From positions 39,000,001-39,064,000 of the forward strand of contig CM059432.1 of assembly GCA_030390025.1 (NCBI GenBank): 64,000 nt of DNA. Direction: 5' to 3'. Every line of letters begins with the position of its first letter. Position 1 is the stretch's first letter. The notes below the pieces were generated by a model. It saw only the letters and a program-made list of their open reading frames with translations, was not told the origin of the DNA and made no database searches. This stretch comes from Squalus acanthias. Its lineage: Eukaryota. Shown here piece by piece: positions 12,810-27,480 of this stretch. Both the position numbers and the translations under genes were made by a program.

Positions 12810-15384
12810 TACATTTTTAAAAGATTATAGCCAGAATTTGTGGTGGGTAATAACGGCGAACTAACACCGTTTGCTGTTATTACCCCTTTGAAGCTGACCA
12901 CAACTTCAGGATGTAGTGCGTACGCATCTAAACGCTGAAATCCTGAAGTTGCGGTCAGTCATTCGCTGTTCCGACACTTGCTGCACTGTGCCCCCCACCC
13001 CCCACCCATAGCTGGAAATCAATGAAATCAGTGAAAATGATGAAAACTTGGGCTTTTCCGTGGTAAGATCGCTGTGAAATACCCCATTAAATGTTAGGCA
13101 TTGTTGGATTAGGTGTAACTGGAGTTTTAACAGTGTGTTGACTGCTAAACAAATGTTATGGCCCTGAAAAACTAATTTTAATTTTGTGGAGTGTCAAATT
13201 TCTCCATTATGATAAAAATTACAATTTTTAAGAAACCTTAAAAAAATGTTTTTTAAAAGTTTGTTCATGAATTTTCAGGTTCTTCCTTATCCCCATGTGA
13301 GAGCCCCAATCTTTGTTTTACTTTCATTAACATTTTTAAAAAGTCTGGATAAAAGCAGCTTCTCATTTCCTGGTTCCCTGTCTGTGAGAATTCTGCAATG
13401 TGATTGGCTGCTTAGACAGCTTATTGACGTCACAGCAGCATCGCACTAGGGAATTCCCACTATATAGCGTTGAAATCACTTGAACGTTGAAAAAAGCAAA
13501 CTTCTTGCCACAGAGATTGCGCCCCTTTAAGGACCACTGGTTAGGCCGCATGTAGACTTGGTTATCCTGAAAGTAGCAGGCCCGGTGCCGGCAGTGTTCA
13601 GGGCAGTCCAATTTCAGAAAGGGGTCCTAACACCTATTACAGGTGCGGGCCCTGGACGCCTATACTTCAGCCTTTACCAATATGGCGCGTGTTTCACTTC
13701 TGGTGCAGAATAGGTATGCATGTGCATATCACCAGCCATATTGTATACTTAAGTGCTCGTTTTCCGCCTATAAAAAGGGCGTGCCATTGATGAATCTCTA
13801 GGCTACTGTCTCTCTAATTTTTGTCTTCCTCATTTGCACCAGCACCAGAGGGCGCTGCACAGTGGTTTGCAAAATAATTAGATTATTACAGAAATAATAG
13901 TTAAAAGACTTAATGACACATTAATAATACAGAGGTGCTTTAGCAAGCCATTCAGGTTTTGGCTGTTATAGAAACTGTCCCATCATATTTCAGAATGGAT
14001 TCCTCAGCAACTGGAAGATTAAGCTGACCATGTACTTGAACATGGGGCCTTTCCCGAAGATCCATATGGGCCTTTGAGCACAAAGCCATTTGATCGGCTT
14101 GTGTGCTCAGGCTCCTCACAACCAACTGCTTCTGCCAATGTTGGCAAGACAAATTCTGTTTGTAGTGCTATTAAGGATGGAAGTATTCACGAAAGCCAGC
14201 TCTTTAATGGTGTACATGGCCTCCAAGGACAGCACTATCTTGGCTGCTTTATCACACTGCAACCATTGGCACCAACACAGTTCAGTAAATGTGATATAAT
14301 ATTTGTTTGGAATTGTAAATCACAAGCCCCAGTGGGCTGAGGTTCTACAATCCACATCATGAAGTTAATTAATATGACGGAAGGTTGAAGCATGAGTGCA
14401 ATTTAAAAAAAGTGTATTAATAATCCTAATTAAGATCAATTATTATCAGTATAGCTTACCCTAATATTCAAAACTAGAACAGACATTCAAACACAGGGCA
14501 CAGTGACCATTAGCTTTCCTAGTAGTATTTATAAACCTACAAAGTAAAACATGGATCAGGAACAGTAAGAAAACCCTTCTTTTAAGTGCTACTTTCGCAG
14601 CCAATCTCATTCGAAACTTCATAAAAAATCCTAGGCCTCATCTTACTGTTAGCTCAAAAAATATAATTGGGTAAAAAACTGTTGAAAACTCTTTCACACA
14701 TGTTCCCTCAGCTTCTCCTACTTGGCTTTAAGCCAAATATTATACTTGTTATGTTAATGTTTCTGGGGAAGCAGACAGTGAAGAAGACGCAAAGAGCCTT
14801 CAGTTTAACTCAGCACACTACAACCTTTTTTCTCATTCCTGTCAGCTACATGGTCAAGCTACTCGATGCTGGTTGTGTTGAATGCTTTGTATCATAAATG
14901 CTTGTAATATTCACTGCTTTCCATCGGTGGATTCTGTTTTGATACTATCCTTAATATTAGGATTAGTACGTCACACAACTGACAGACATATTCCATCACA
15001 GGTCTTACAACCAATGCAAAATAACATGAAAGGTCTACCTTAGGAAGATGGGCCCTGAAAATCCATGCGCCATGATTCTGGTAGTTACGGTGCTCTGCAG
15101 TAGAGACCCTGACAGATTCTATGGGGTTAATTGGGGTCACTTCACTTACATGCCACATGCCCCACTACGGTGCCTGCCCGTTACTGGGAAATCTGGTTCC
15201 ATCTTCTCCCCAGTTTCCATCTGAAGATATTTACTCGTGCTGGAGTGAGGCTTCAAGTACCTTACCAATTGGCCATTCCACATGTGAGCACCTAGGGATA
15301 GGGTATTCACCTCATGAAAGGCAGCATCACTCTCAAGCATGATCATCTCCTCAGCTGACATCCACACATTTTTTTAAATCCTAA

Positions 15385-17002
15385 AATCATAGAATCATAG
15401 AAACTTAAAGCACAGAAGGAGGCTATTCAGCCCGTCGTGCCCGTGCTGGCTCTTTGAAAGAGCAGTCGTGCTTAGTCCCACATGCCTGCTTTTTGTCCAT
15501 TATCCTGTAAGTTCCTCATCCTCAAGCACCTGTCCAACTCCCTTTTAAAATTATTTATGGAATCAGCTTCCACCACATTTTCAGGTAGAGCGTTCCAGAT
15601 CCTGACAACTCTCTGAGTGAAAACATTTCTCCTCATCTTCCCTCTAGATCTTTCACCAATGATTTTAAATCTGTGACCTCTGATTATTGACCCACTCACC
15701 AGAGGGAATTGTTTTTCCCTATTGACTCTATCAAAACCTCTCATCATTTTGAAAACCTCTATTAGGTCACCTCTTAACCTTCTCTGTTCCAAGGAGAACA
15801 GTCCTAACTTTTCCAACTACTCCTCCGAACTGAAGTCCCTCATCCCTGGTAACATCCTGGTAAACCTCCTCAGTATCCTTTCTAGGGCCTTTAAATCTTT
15901 CTGAAGTGTGATGCCCAGAATTGCCCACAACACTCCAGCTGAGGCCTAACAAATGATTTATAAAGTTCTAGCATGATCTCTTTGCTTTTATATTCTATTC
16001 CTCTATTTATAAACCCATAGGCTTTTTTAACCACCTTATCAACTTGCCCTGCCACCTTTAAGGATTTGTGTATATGGACCCCAAGGTCTCTCTGCTCATC
16101 TACACTTTGCAGAATCGTGCCATTTATAGTTTTTCCATATTAGTCCTTCCAAAGTGCATCACTTCACACTTCTCCGCATTGAACTCTATCTGCCATGCTT
16201 CTGCCCATTTCACCATCCTGTCTATGTCATCCTGAAGCCTATAACCATCCTCACCACTACCTACTTCTTTGCCAAGTTTCATATCATCTGCAAACTTTAT
16301 AATGCTGCTCCCTACAACTGAGTCTACGTCGATTATAAAAATTGCAAAGAGTAATGGACCCAAAACTGACCCTTGGGGAACACCACTGCACACCCAGTCT
16401 GAAAAACATTCATCCACCACCACCCTTTGCTTCCTGTCACTGAGCCAATTTTGTATCCATACTGCCACTTTCCCCTTAATTCTATGGGCTTCCAGCTTCT
16501 TAATAAGCCTCCTGTGTGGCACTTTGTTGAATGCCTTCTGAAAGTCCATATATACAATATCTACTGCGCTACCTTGATCAACCTTCTCTGTTACCTCATC
16601 AAAGAATTCAATCAACCTAGTCAGACATGATTTGCCTTTAATAAATCCAAGCTGGCTCTCCTTGATTAACCCATGCCTTTCCAAATGGAAGTTTATTTTT
16701 TCCTTGATAATGGTTTCCAATAACTTCCCCACCACTGATGTTAGGCTGACTGATTTGTAGTTTCCTGGTTTATCCCTCTTCCCTTTCTTGAATAGTGGTA
16801 TAACATTAACAATCCTCCAGTCCTCCGCCACTACTCTTGTATCCAATGAGGATTGAAAGATTGTGACCAATGCCTCTGCTATTTCTACCTTTGCTTCTTT
16901 CAGCAACCTATGATGCATTCCATCTGGACCAGGTGACTTACCAACTTTCAGTAATGCTAATCTTCTCAGTACGACTTCTCTATCTATTAACATCCTGTCC
17001 AT
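15385..17002 (-). mobile_element. CR1 LINE fragment
   Basis: ORFs 16124-17002 (RT) and 15472-15816; (ATCATAGA) tail. Confidence 0.92.
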
Positions 17003-17229
17003 TATTATCCTATAATCCTTCTCAGGATGTGAGCATCCAAGTTGCCCTGAGAAGGTGGTGGGTATTCTTCTTGAACTGCTGGTAGTGTTTGATACAACTT
17101 GATTGGCTTTCTAAGCCACTTCAGGGGGCAGTTAAGAGTCAACCTCGCTGGCGTTGGACTAGGGTCATGTTTAAGACAGACAGCAGGTTACATTCCCTGA
17201 AATGAACCAGTTGGGTTTTTAAATCCAAT

Positions 17230-18545
17230 CCAGCCAATTATCGTCCCATCAGTCTACTCTCAATCATCAGTGATGTAAGGTGTCATGGACAGTGCTATCA
17301 AGTGACACTTATTCACCAATAACTTGCTCACCGATGCTCAGTTTGGGTTCCGCCAAGACCACTCGGCTCCAGACGTCATTACAGCCTTGTTCCAAACATG
17401 GACAAAAGAGCTGAATTCTAGAGGTGAGGTGAGAGTGATTACCCTTGTCATCAAGGCAGCATTTGACCGAGTGTGGCAACAAGGAGCCCAAGTAAAATTG
17501 AAGTCAATGGGAATCAGGGGGAAAACTCTCTACTGGCTGGATTCATACCCAGCACAAAGGAAGATGGTTGTGGTTGTTGGAGGTCAATCATCTCAGCCCC
17601 AGGACATCGCTGCAGGAGTTCATTAGGGCAGTGTCCTTGGCCCAACCATCTTTAGCTGCTTCATCAATGACCTTCCCTCCATCATAAGATCAGAAGTAGG
17701 GATGTTTGCTGATGATTGCAGTGTTCAGTTCCATTAGCAACTCCTCAGAAAATGAAGCAGTCCATCCCCACATGCAGCTAGACCTGGACGGCATTCAGGC
17801 TTGGGCTGATAAGTGGCAAGTAACATTTGCACCACACTCAACGGCATTACCATCACTGAATCCCCCACCATCAACATCCTGAGGGTCACCATTGACCAGA
17901 AACTTAACTGGACCAGCCACATAAATACTGTAGCTAGAGGAACAGGTCAGAGGCTGGGTATTCTGCATGGCGAGTGTCTCACCTCCTGACTCCCCAAAGC
18001 CTTGCTACCATCTACAAGGCAAAAGTCAGGAGTGTGATGGAATACTGCACTTGCTTGGATGAGTGCAGCTCCAACAACACTCAAGAAGCTCGACACCATC
18101 CAGGACAAAGCAGCCTGCTTGATTGGCACCCCATCTATCACCTTAAACATTCACTCCCTCCAGCACCAGTACACCGGGGCTGCAGTGTGTACCATCTACA
18201 AGATGCACTGCAGCAACTCGCCAAGGCTTCTTCGACAGCACCTCCCAAACCCTTGACCTCTATCACCTAGAAGGACAAGGACAGCAGGTGCATGGGAACA
18301 CCACCACCTCCAAGTTCCCCTCCAATGTCACACACCATCCTGACTTGGAAATATATCGCTGATCCTTCATCGTCGCTGGGTCAAAATCCCAGAACTCCAT
18401 CCCTAACAGCACCGTTGGAGTACCTTCACCACACGGACTGCAGCGGTTCAAGAAGGCGGCTGACCACCACCTTCTCAAAGGCAATTCGGGATAGGCAATA
18501 AATGCTGGCCTTGAGAGCGACGCCCACATCCCAAGAATGAATTTA
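17230..18545 (+). mobile_element. Degenerate non-LTR retrotransposon of the CR1/L2 group (a distinct family)
   Basis: QFGFRQDHSAPD, AAFDRVW, GSVLGP and FADD remnants; 3' end aataaatgctggcc...aagaatgaatttaaaaaaa. Confidence 0.75.
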
Positions 18546-20669
18546 AAAAAATCTTCCTCCTTCTCTCAAAGGGATGTCTACAACTAGTTTGGTAATAAAG
18601 AAATCTTCACATAATACAATTGTTGGGCATGCTCCAGAAATTTCCTTTGAGGAAAATTATTTCTTTTAAAAAATGCACTTTAGTAGCTTACTTCTTATAT
18701 ATAACTTGGGGACAAACCCTAAATAAACACTTGTAATTGCAACTCTCAGAAACCATCAGCTCATCAGAAAACATTTCTGCCTGACATTCGTGCAGAGCTA
18801 CCAGAGGAAGAAAGTAATGTCTGATTGATTGCTTCTAATAGCGCCCAGTCCCACCATCCAACCTATCTGATTGGTTGACACTGACACCCTCCAATTGCAG
18901 TGATAAAAGCTGTTTTTTTTCTTGTAAAACACTGACAAACTGATAAATGGGTTAAGAAGCTGATGGTTGACATGTATGCCTAAGATAAGGTGCAAAAGCA
19001 CAGGCTTTCTGCTCCCCAATAGTTAACAACCTGTCTAAGAAGACCATTGTTTTATTGATTAAGTGATGTTAGGATTCAAATACTCAAAAGCTTCAAAATC
19101 AGGTGGTGAAAAGTACAAAACAAAAACTTAAATGCTTTGTGAAAACTCAATCAATATCTTTTGTTCCAGATAGAATTTTCATGTACAAACAGCATTCCAA
19201 GACTTATGAATGCATACCACATTTAATAACCTGCAAATAAAAAGGGCCAAAAAGTCATTTTGCTTTTCACACAACTCACCTGTAAATATGTATGTGTTAG
19301 GGCTGAACTGCATTGTAACTATGAAGTAGTGATTTTAACGTAGGTGTCTTCTCTCATTTTTGACATACAATCCTACCTGTCAAGCACACCCTTAGCTAAT
19401 ATAAACTGAACTCACTTGTGTGGCATTATCAGGAATACAGGAAAATGTCCTTATAGCCAAGGACACCTAACTCCAGTTAGGAGAAGCATTGTTGCACCAT
19501 TCTTTTCACCAATAACACATTTTCTGCTGCAGTGTTAAAAATTAATTAAAATAATTACTTTTAAAAACATTTGTTTAAAAACACTTTTTGAAGCCGCATT
19601 TTAAATACATTGGTGAAATTTGAATGTGCAATAATTTGGGGTGCTAGCAGTAGTGCATTTTTATCCATGCTCCAAAAATTCCCCCTGGGAGCAAACTGGC
19701 TTAACACACAGGCCCAATGGTACCACACTTGTTAAAAGTTTGTTAAGCACCAATTAAAAGTGAACATGCAGATTTGCACATGCTTGTCTTCAGCCCACAC
19801 ATTGCACTAATACAGTGGTAAATGAATAACAGTCTGCCAATTGCACTCAACTTTTTTCCCATAGTCTCCTCCCATGCAAAGGCAGGAGACTTGTAAGACT
19901 CAGTCGGTTTGAAGTTCATCGCTGCATTACCCAAGTCGCAAATGCTTTGTTTTGACATGCAGGTGGTTACATTAAAATCAGGGCCGGGATTCAGCAGCAG
20001 CAAGAGCGGCTGAAAGGGTGTTCGGAAAGATGACAGAGAGAAAGTGTCACTGACTGCACTGACATTGTCCTTCAATACCTATACAACATCATATAGCATC
20101 CATCAATAGTAAATAACGTTACTCAATGAACATCAAAATGGTCTGCCACCACTGCCAAAGAATTATGCGTGTGGATGCCTGGTTTCTAGGGGATGCCTAT
20201 ACCTTAAGAGAGCCATGGATTCCTTAATTATACCATGTGACGGCTCTGTGCAGTTGTGAGTTACCTGCTCCAATGATGGTTTAGGACTCTACTGTGCAAC
20301 TCCTGTACCCCAACAGTAAACAGCACACAATGAAACACTCAAGAGAATGTGAGCCTTCGCACAATGTTGGAGTGTAGGGAAGAGTTCAGTTACATCTTGT
20401 ATGGCGTATTTGCACACTGCATGAAGTCATGGAGATGTGGTCAGCTATATGAACACAACAGCAGGGCTCACAGTGATGGAACCTCTGGTAACAGCTTTGA
20501 TGGAAGCTCAGACTGCTGTCATCTTGGCTCTGAGTTAGAAACATAGGAACAAAGGACCATAAGAACAGGAGTAGGGCATTCAGCCCACAAGCCTGTTTGA
20601 CCATTCTATTAGATCATGGCTGATCTGTACTTCAACTCCATTTACCCTCGCCTTTGATCCATATCCCTA

Positions 20670-22063
20670 AGCCTGACATCGGTAGTGGGGAAAATGCTAG
20701 AGTCCATTATAAAATATGTAATAGCAGAGCACTTGAAAAACAGTGACAGGATCGGACAAAGTCAACATGGATTTACAAAAGGTAAATCATGCTTGACTAA
20801 TCTACTGGAATTTTTTGAGGATGTAACTGGTAGAATGGATAAGGGAGAACCAGTGGATGTGGTGTATTTGTACTTTCAGAAGGCTTTCGATAAGGTCCTG
20901 CATAAGAGATTAGCGTGCAAAGTTAAAGCACATGGGATTGGGGGTAAGGTACTGACTTGCATAGAAAACTGGTTGGCAGACAGGAAGCAAAGAGTTGGAA
21001 TAAACGGGTCTTTTTCCGAGTGGTAGGCAGTGACTAGTGGGGTACCGCAGGGATCGGTGCTAGGACCCCAGTTATTCACAATATATATAAATGATCTAGA
21101 CGAGGGAACTAGATGTAATATCTCCAAGTTTGCAGACGACACAAAGCTGGGTGGGCGTGTGTGCTGTGAGGAGGATGCAGAGAAACTCCAGTATGATTTG
21201 GACAGGTTGGGTGATTGGGCAGATGCATGGTAGATGCAGTATAATGTGGATAAATGCGAGGTTATCCACTTTGGTGGCAAAAACAGGAAGGCAGATTATT
21301 ATCTGAACGGCAATAGATTGGGAAAAGGGGAAGTGCAACGAGACCTGGGTGCCCTTGTGCACCAGTCGCTGAAGGTAAGCATGCAGGTGCAGCAGGCGGT
21401 TAAGAAGGCAAATGGTATGTTGGCCTTCATAGCGAGAGGATTCGAGTACAGGAGCAAGGATGTCTTGTTGCAGTTGTACAAGGCCTTGGTGAGACCACAC
21501 CTTGAGTATTGTGTGCAGTTTTTGTCGCCTTATCTGAGGAAGGATGTTCTTGCCATGGAGGGAGTGCAGCGAAGATTCACCAGACTGAAAACTGGGATGG
21601 CAGGAATGACGTATGAGGAGAGATTGGGTCGATTGGGCTTGTATTCGCTAGAGTTTAGAAGAATGAAAGGGGATCTCATTGAAACTTATAAAATTCTAAC
21701 AGGACTAGACAAACTAGATGCAGGAAGGGTGTTCCCGATGGCGGGGGAGTCCAGATAGGGGTCACAGTCTAAAGATAAGGGGTAAGCCATTTAGGACTGA
21801 GATGAGAAGAATTTCTTCACCCAGAGAGTGGTGAACCTGTGGAATTCTCTACCACAGAAGACAGTTGAGTCCAATTCATTAAATATATTCAAGAAGGAGT
21901 TAGATATATTTCTTAAGGCTAAGGGGATCAAGGGATATGGGGAGAAAGCAGGGACAGGGTACTGAATTTGGATGATCAGCCATGATCGCATTGAATGGCG
22001 GAGCAGGCTCGAGGGGCCGAATGGTCTACTCCTGCTCCTATCTTCTATGTTTCTATGTTTCTA
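20670..22063 (+). mobile_element. CR1 LINE inserted in an older minus-strand CR1
   Basis: ORFs 20685-21758 with in-frame stops; tail at about 22045-22063; CTAA at both junctions. Confidence 0.9.
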
Positions 22064-23050
22064 AAAATCTGTCGTTCTCAATCTTGAGAATTTCATTTGA
22101 CCCAGCATCCGCAGCCTTTTGAAGGAGAGAGTTCCAGATTTCCACTATGCTTTGTGTGAAAAAGTGCTTCCTGATTTTACTCCTGAAGGCCAAGTTCTAA
22201 TTTTAAGATTATGCCCCCTTGTTTTGATCCCTCCACCAGAGGAAATAGTTTCTCTGTATCTGCCCTATCTAATTCTATTATCATTTTAAACACTTCAATT
22301 AGATTACCCCTCAACCTTCTAAACTCAAAGGAATACAAGCTAAGTTTATGCAACCTATCCTCATAATTTAACCCTTTAAGTCCTGGTATCATTCTGGTGA
22401 ATCTGCGCTGTTCTCCCTCCAAGGCCAATATATCTTTCCTGAGGTGCGGTGCCCAGAACTGAGCACAATACTCCAGCTTGGATCTGACCAAGACTTTGTA
22501 CAACTGAAGCATCACTTCCTTCCCTTTGTATTCCAGCCCCCTTGAGATAAAGGCCAACATTCCATTAGCCTTTTTGATTATTTGTTGTACCTGTGCACTA
22601 GCTTTTAGTGAGTTGCGTACCTGGACACTCAAATACTTTTGTTCCTCCATAATTCTTAGTCTCTCGGCATTAAGAAAATATTCTGATTTTCTTTCTTAGA
22701 TCCACAGTGGATGACCTCACACTTCCCCACATTGAACTATTTCTGCCACAGTTTTGTCCACTCACTTAATCTGTCTATGTCCCTTTGTCACTTCCTACTC
22801 CCATCTGCACAACTTACTGTGCCTCTTAACTTAGTGTCACCTGTAAACTTTGGTATACAACTCTGTATTCCTTCATCTGTCATTGATATATATGGTGAAA
22901 AGCCGAGGCTCCAGTACAGATCCCTGGGGAACACCACTTGTTACATTCTGCCAAGCAGAGAATGTTCCCTCTATCCTTTCTCCCTGTCTTCTATTTCCCA
23001 ACCAATTACCGAGCCATGTCCCAAGGTTATCCCCAATTCTGTAAGATTTA

Positions 23051-23155
23051 AGCAAAAAACTGCGGATGCTGGAAATCTAAAATAAAAACAGAAAATGCTG
23101 GAAATACTCAGCAGGTCGGGCTGCTGAGTATTTCCAGCATTTTCTGTTTTTATTT
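23051..23155. repeat. About 100-bp insertion with a 35-bp perfect inverted repeat
   Basis: Arms 23080-23114 and 23121-23155, 6-nt loop; flanked by a 14-bp duplication TTCTGTAAGATTTA. Confidence 0.85.
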
Positions 23156-23464
23156 CTGTAAGATTTATATTTTTGTTAATAATTTCTTGTGTGAAACCTT
23201 ATCCAATGCCTTCTGGAAGTCCATGTAGACAACATCCATAGGCACTCCCCTATCCACCATGTTAGTGATCTACTTAAAAAAAATCAACTAGATAAGTCAG
23301 ACATGACCCTTAACAAATCCATGTTGACTCTCTTTGATAAGCTCATAATTCCAGCATCTCCAGTGCTGATCCTCATTGCAGTGAATGAGGCAACTCTGGG
23401 GTCACATTGCCTCTAACTGTAACTTACGAACTATAGGTATACTCACCAAAGCTATACATGTTGG

Positions 23465-23650
23465 TTTGGCTCAGTTGGCACCATTCTTGCTTGTTAGTCA
23501 GAATGCCGTGCTTTAAGCCACCCTGTAGACTTGAAAACATAAACTAGACTGATATTTCAGTGCAGTACTGATGGAGTGCTGCTCTGTTAGAGGTGCTGTC
23601 TTTCAGATGAGATGTTAAACTGAAACCTTGTTTGCCCTAGCTGAGTTTCC
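23465..23650 (+). mobile_element. tRNA-derived SINE, DeuSINE (SacSINE1/AmnSINE-like) remnant
   Basis: tggctcagttgg A-box-like head; cagtgcagtactga..gagtgctgc..gaggtgctgtctttcagatgagatgttaaac core. Confidence 0.55.
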
Positions 23651-25059
23651 CTTTCTTTACCCAGGGAATGAGTGTCCCAACTGAGATCAGCTAACTCAGT
23701 GCAGAGTGGTGATGAAATGTGGGATGTTCCTGGCTTGTTGGGCTCAACTAAACACTGTGCTCTGTGAGGTAACAAATATATGTTACCATATTTTATTTCA
23801 GAGTCTGGGGAGTACTCTGAACTGAAAGTACTCCCTAGACTTTCCTTCCTCTTTAACTGTTAGCTTTTCAACTGACTTCTGCTAAATCATAAAGCATGGT
23901 GATCTTCTAGGCTTTTAGTTTTCCCTTTTCAAAGCGCGGCAAAGGAGTAAACAGTGAAAAAGGTGAATTCTATCCATTGTAAATTTTGTTTGTTTGAGAA
24001 GTAATTCGAACTCAAGAATATATTGCCAGGTGTGGTGAAGACAGCAAAGCCATTCCAGTGCAAAATTACTTTCCCTTCATTCAGCTTCTGTCAATAAAAC
24101 GCTTATTTACTGACATGTCAATTAAGTGATTCATAAGCCAGATGACCAACTCGTTCCATTTACGATAGCTCAGCTGGGTTAAATGGCTTAAGTGTTTACC
24201 ATTTATGGCCAGTGGCATGTATCTGTTCTTAGTCAAACTGTGGTGAACATGACATGTTTGCCCGTAGGATTTTGCATGAGGTAAGGAGACTACTATTATC
24301 AGACCTTAAGAAGTGGAAAAAAAAGCTAGCACATCAGAATAGTGGTTTCAATGACAGCAGTGGATTAGTGTTGTTTCATGATCATCTTACATCAATAATG
24401 CACTATGGTGCTCTCACTCATAATTAAGACGACCCAATTCAATTGCAGAACAGTGAGATCACAGTTTATTCTTTACTTAAACTTCTAAGAAGTTGTTTAT
24501 TCACCTGAAAAGCTAATTAGTGTTTAAAATCACATTAGTTTGTGGTTAATGAGATTTACAGATACCTTTATTTGAATGTGTCAAAAGACTGATGCACGAA
24601 TTAATTCAAATTGTTTTCTTTTAATAATTCTCATGTGGTTTGTAAACTGTAAGCTTTGAACTTTATGTCCATACATCTTTCATTTCTTCAACCTGAAATT
24701 GTCCCTTTAATATCTGTGGTTATTATAATGGATATGGAGCAAGTAAAATAAAGAATGTTGTCGTTTTAATGGCTACACTGTGATTAGCACTTGACAATTA
24801 TATGGCCCTTTCCTGTTAGAAAATATTAAACTGGCCTGCATTTGAAGAAAGATTATGTGAATCTGAATCCATAACTCTTGTGGCTTGCAGCACCAAATTT
24901 GAACTTTGGATTTTGATTTATTGTTCCTGTGATTGTTTTTCTAGTATAGCTTTCACATTTGAGTTCTACCATCTGTGTTCAAAATCTTAAAATTATATTT
25001 ACTTTACAAACCAATTAGAAAAGTGGTTTTCACGTTTTTCAATCTGTGGGACCCACTGC

Positions 25060-25565
25060 AACGATTGACCACTCTCATGGACCACCTTCAAAAACTGATA
25101 TAATCTCAGCGATCTTTTCAAATATTGACTCACTCCCACGGATCCCAACAAATATTGACACGCTCCAACGATTCCCTTCAAACTTTGACACACTCCCAAC
25201 AATTCCTTGCAAATATTGACACACTCCCAACGTTTCCCTGCAAATATTGTCACAATCCCGTGGATCCCTACCAATATTGACACACTCCCGACAATTCCTT
25301 GCAAATATTGACACACTCCCAGAGGCCACCTATAAAATTGATGCAATCTCGGAGGCCCCTGTAAATATTGACACATTCTCAGGGATCACCTGCAAATACT
25401 AGCACAATCTTGATATCCTGATACACTCCTGGGGAGTGTACACGATCTTAGAGGGGAAATGACACAATCTCAGAGATCTTCTGCAGATATTAACACAATC
25501 CTCAGAATCCACCCACTAGTATTGACACATTTCGAGGATCCCCCTGCAAACATTAACGCAATCCT
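25060..25565. repeat. Diverged minisatellite with a unit of about 30 bp
   Basis: Recurring caaatattgacacactccc...(tt)cc(tt)g, roughly 15 copies. Confidence 0.85.
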
Positions 25566-26589
25566 GAAACCCTCTGTCCTGGCTTCTGAAAAATAGTGTT
25601 GTCTACCCAGCGGAAAGTAGTGCAATCAATGAAGAATGCATTATTTTATTAGTAAACAGCAGAAATAAATTGTTCTTAGGGCAACAAATACAGAAATGTG
25701 AGGGGTGCAATACAATTTCATGAGAGCCGCAAAATGGGCGGTAGTGGTTCGTCCGCTTGTTATACCTCACACCTAATTTCACTTTTCATTGTCTTCATTG
25801 GACAGGAAAATCAGGCAGGGTGTATAACAGGTGAATTCCAGCCCTCCCACCCACCCCGCCACCCGCACTGTTAAATGGACAGATATTTGTTGAACTCGAG
25901 GACCCTTGGCGTCTGGGGAACCTGGTTTGAAACCTATGGTTTAGACCCTGCATACTTTTTTCAAGGACATAAATTCCTTAGTTTTCTCCCAATATCTGAA
26001 GCCTTTCTTATCTGAACTGAATATTTGGTTGAACCTCAATGTATGAAAGTGAGCCTAATCTGTGTTGATTCAAACCAATTTGTATTAATTTTGGAAGTGA
26101 CCTTGGAGCTCATCCCCAACTGTAGGTCTCTTTTGTCAGGAACTAAACTTTAACAATAATGGTGTGGTGTAAACAATAGCACGCAAAACACAATCAACAT
26201 TATATGAATTTCATTGAAATACTGCCATAAACATGCTAAAAGCGAGTGAATACTTGAGTTCTAATGATTACTGTATAGGTCAAATTGATATTATAGTTAA
26301 GATCTATAACTAACACAATACAGTTATACAAGATAATAGAGGATAAATATTATGGTAAATTCAGTGACCCTGTGCTCCCAGCAGGAAGCTGCACTCAAAG
26401 GGCTCACAGGTCAGAGACACGGCTACAAAACTGTCACACCGATGCTCCGACCTGTATTCTTTAACCGTGGCTCCCTATTGAGAACTGGGAATTGCTAAAT
26501 TTAAACAGTGTTCTATTCAACCCCACACCTTTGTGAAATGCTTTGAGATTTTGTTTTCTGTGTTAAATGCAAGTTGTTGTTGGAAGCAA

Positions 26590-27480
26590 ATGGAAAAAAG
26601 TTCAGAGTGGAGATAATAACCTGTGGAGTCCTGCAGGGTTGTAGTTCTGGGTCCCCTCCTATTCACACTATTAATAAATGATGTGGAGGGGAGTGTTTCT
26701 TGTATCTAATATAACATTTGCTGAATAACAGCCAGGTATATGGTTAGATGAGGAGTACAAACAAAACTGATAGTATTCAAAGGCATTTGGATCAAGTCCC
26801 TATCCAGACAAGAAATGGCAGATGGATTTTAATGTGGAGAAAATTAAGCTTATTCACAATAGAAGAAAAAATATGAAACTTGTGAAGATGATGAAGAGAC
26901 ATGCAAAATTGAAAGAAAAAGCAAATTGATTATGGACCGTTCACGGAAAGTATCCAGTCAATTTGAAAGTGTTATCTAATTGTATACTGTGAAGCAGCTC
27001 AAGTTGACTAGATTGTAAATCAAAGTAAGTTACCCTAATCTTGTGAAGAGCATTGAGTCACATTTGGAATACTGTGTACCATGTTAGGAATACTAACTTC
27101 AACAAGACAATGATGCATTGGGGATTGTTCAGAGAAGAATGAGTTAGAGAGAAGGAAATATTGAGCAAGGACATGATCCAGCTTTTTAAAATGCTGAGAG
27201 AAATGAACAATATAGATTGGGATGTGGCTGTAGAGCTGGAGGAAATGACTATAAAAGTCAAAAGAAAGACTTGAGATTAGAAGCAATTTTTTCCTCACGG
27301 AGCAGAATGCTGGTAAAATAGACTCCCAGCTAAAGCGGTTAATGTTGTTTTGATTAACACCTTTGAAAAAGAACTGGAAAAATATCTGATTGAGAGAAGA
27401 TTGAGCATTATAACAATATATACAGATAAAGGTGAATGTGGAATAGGAATGGCTGATGCCATGGAAAATGCTGTGCCAGG
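26590..27480 (+). mobile_element. Very old CR1-like remnant
   Basis: ggagtcctgcaggg..ctgggtcc, tggcagatggattttaatgtg and tttttcctcacggagcag fragments. Confidence 0.5.

Larger units (their letters stand above)
20540..23345 (-). mobile_element. Older CR1 (pieces 20540-20670 and 22064-23345)
   Basis: ORFs 22177-22650 and 22873-23055; the 3' UTR/tail continues at 20540-20670. Confidence 0.8.

Noticed and set aside
13952..14340. Possible host exon(s) in unique sequence (also 19743-20075)
   Set aside because: Short ORFs with no recognisable domain or convincing paired splice sites.
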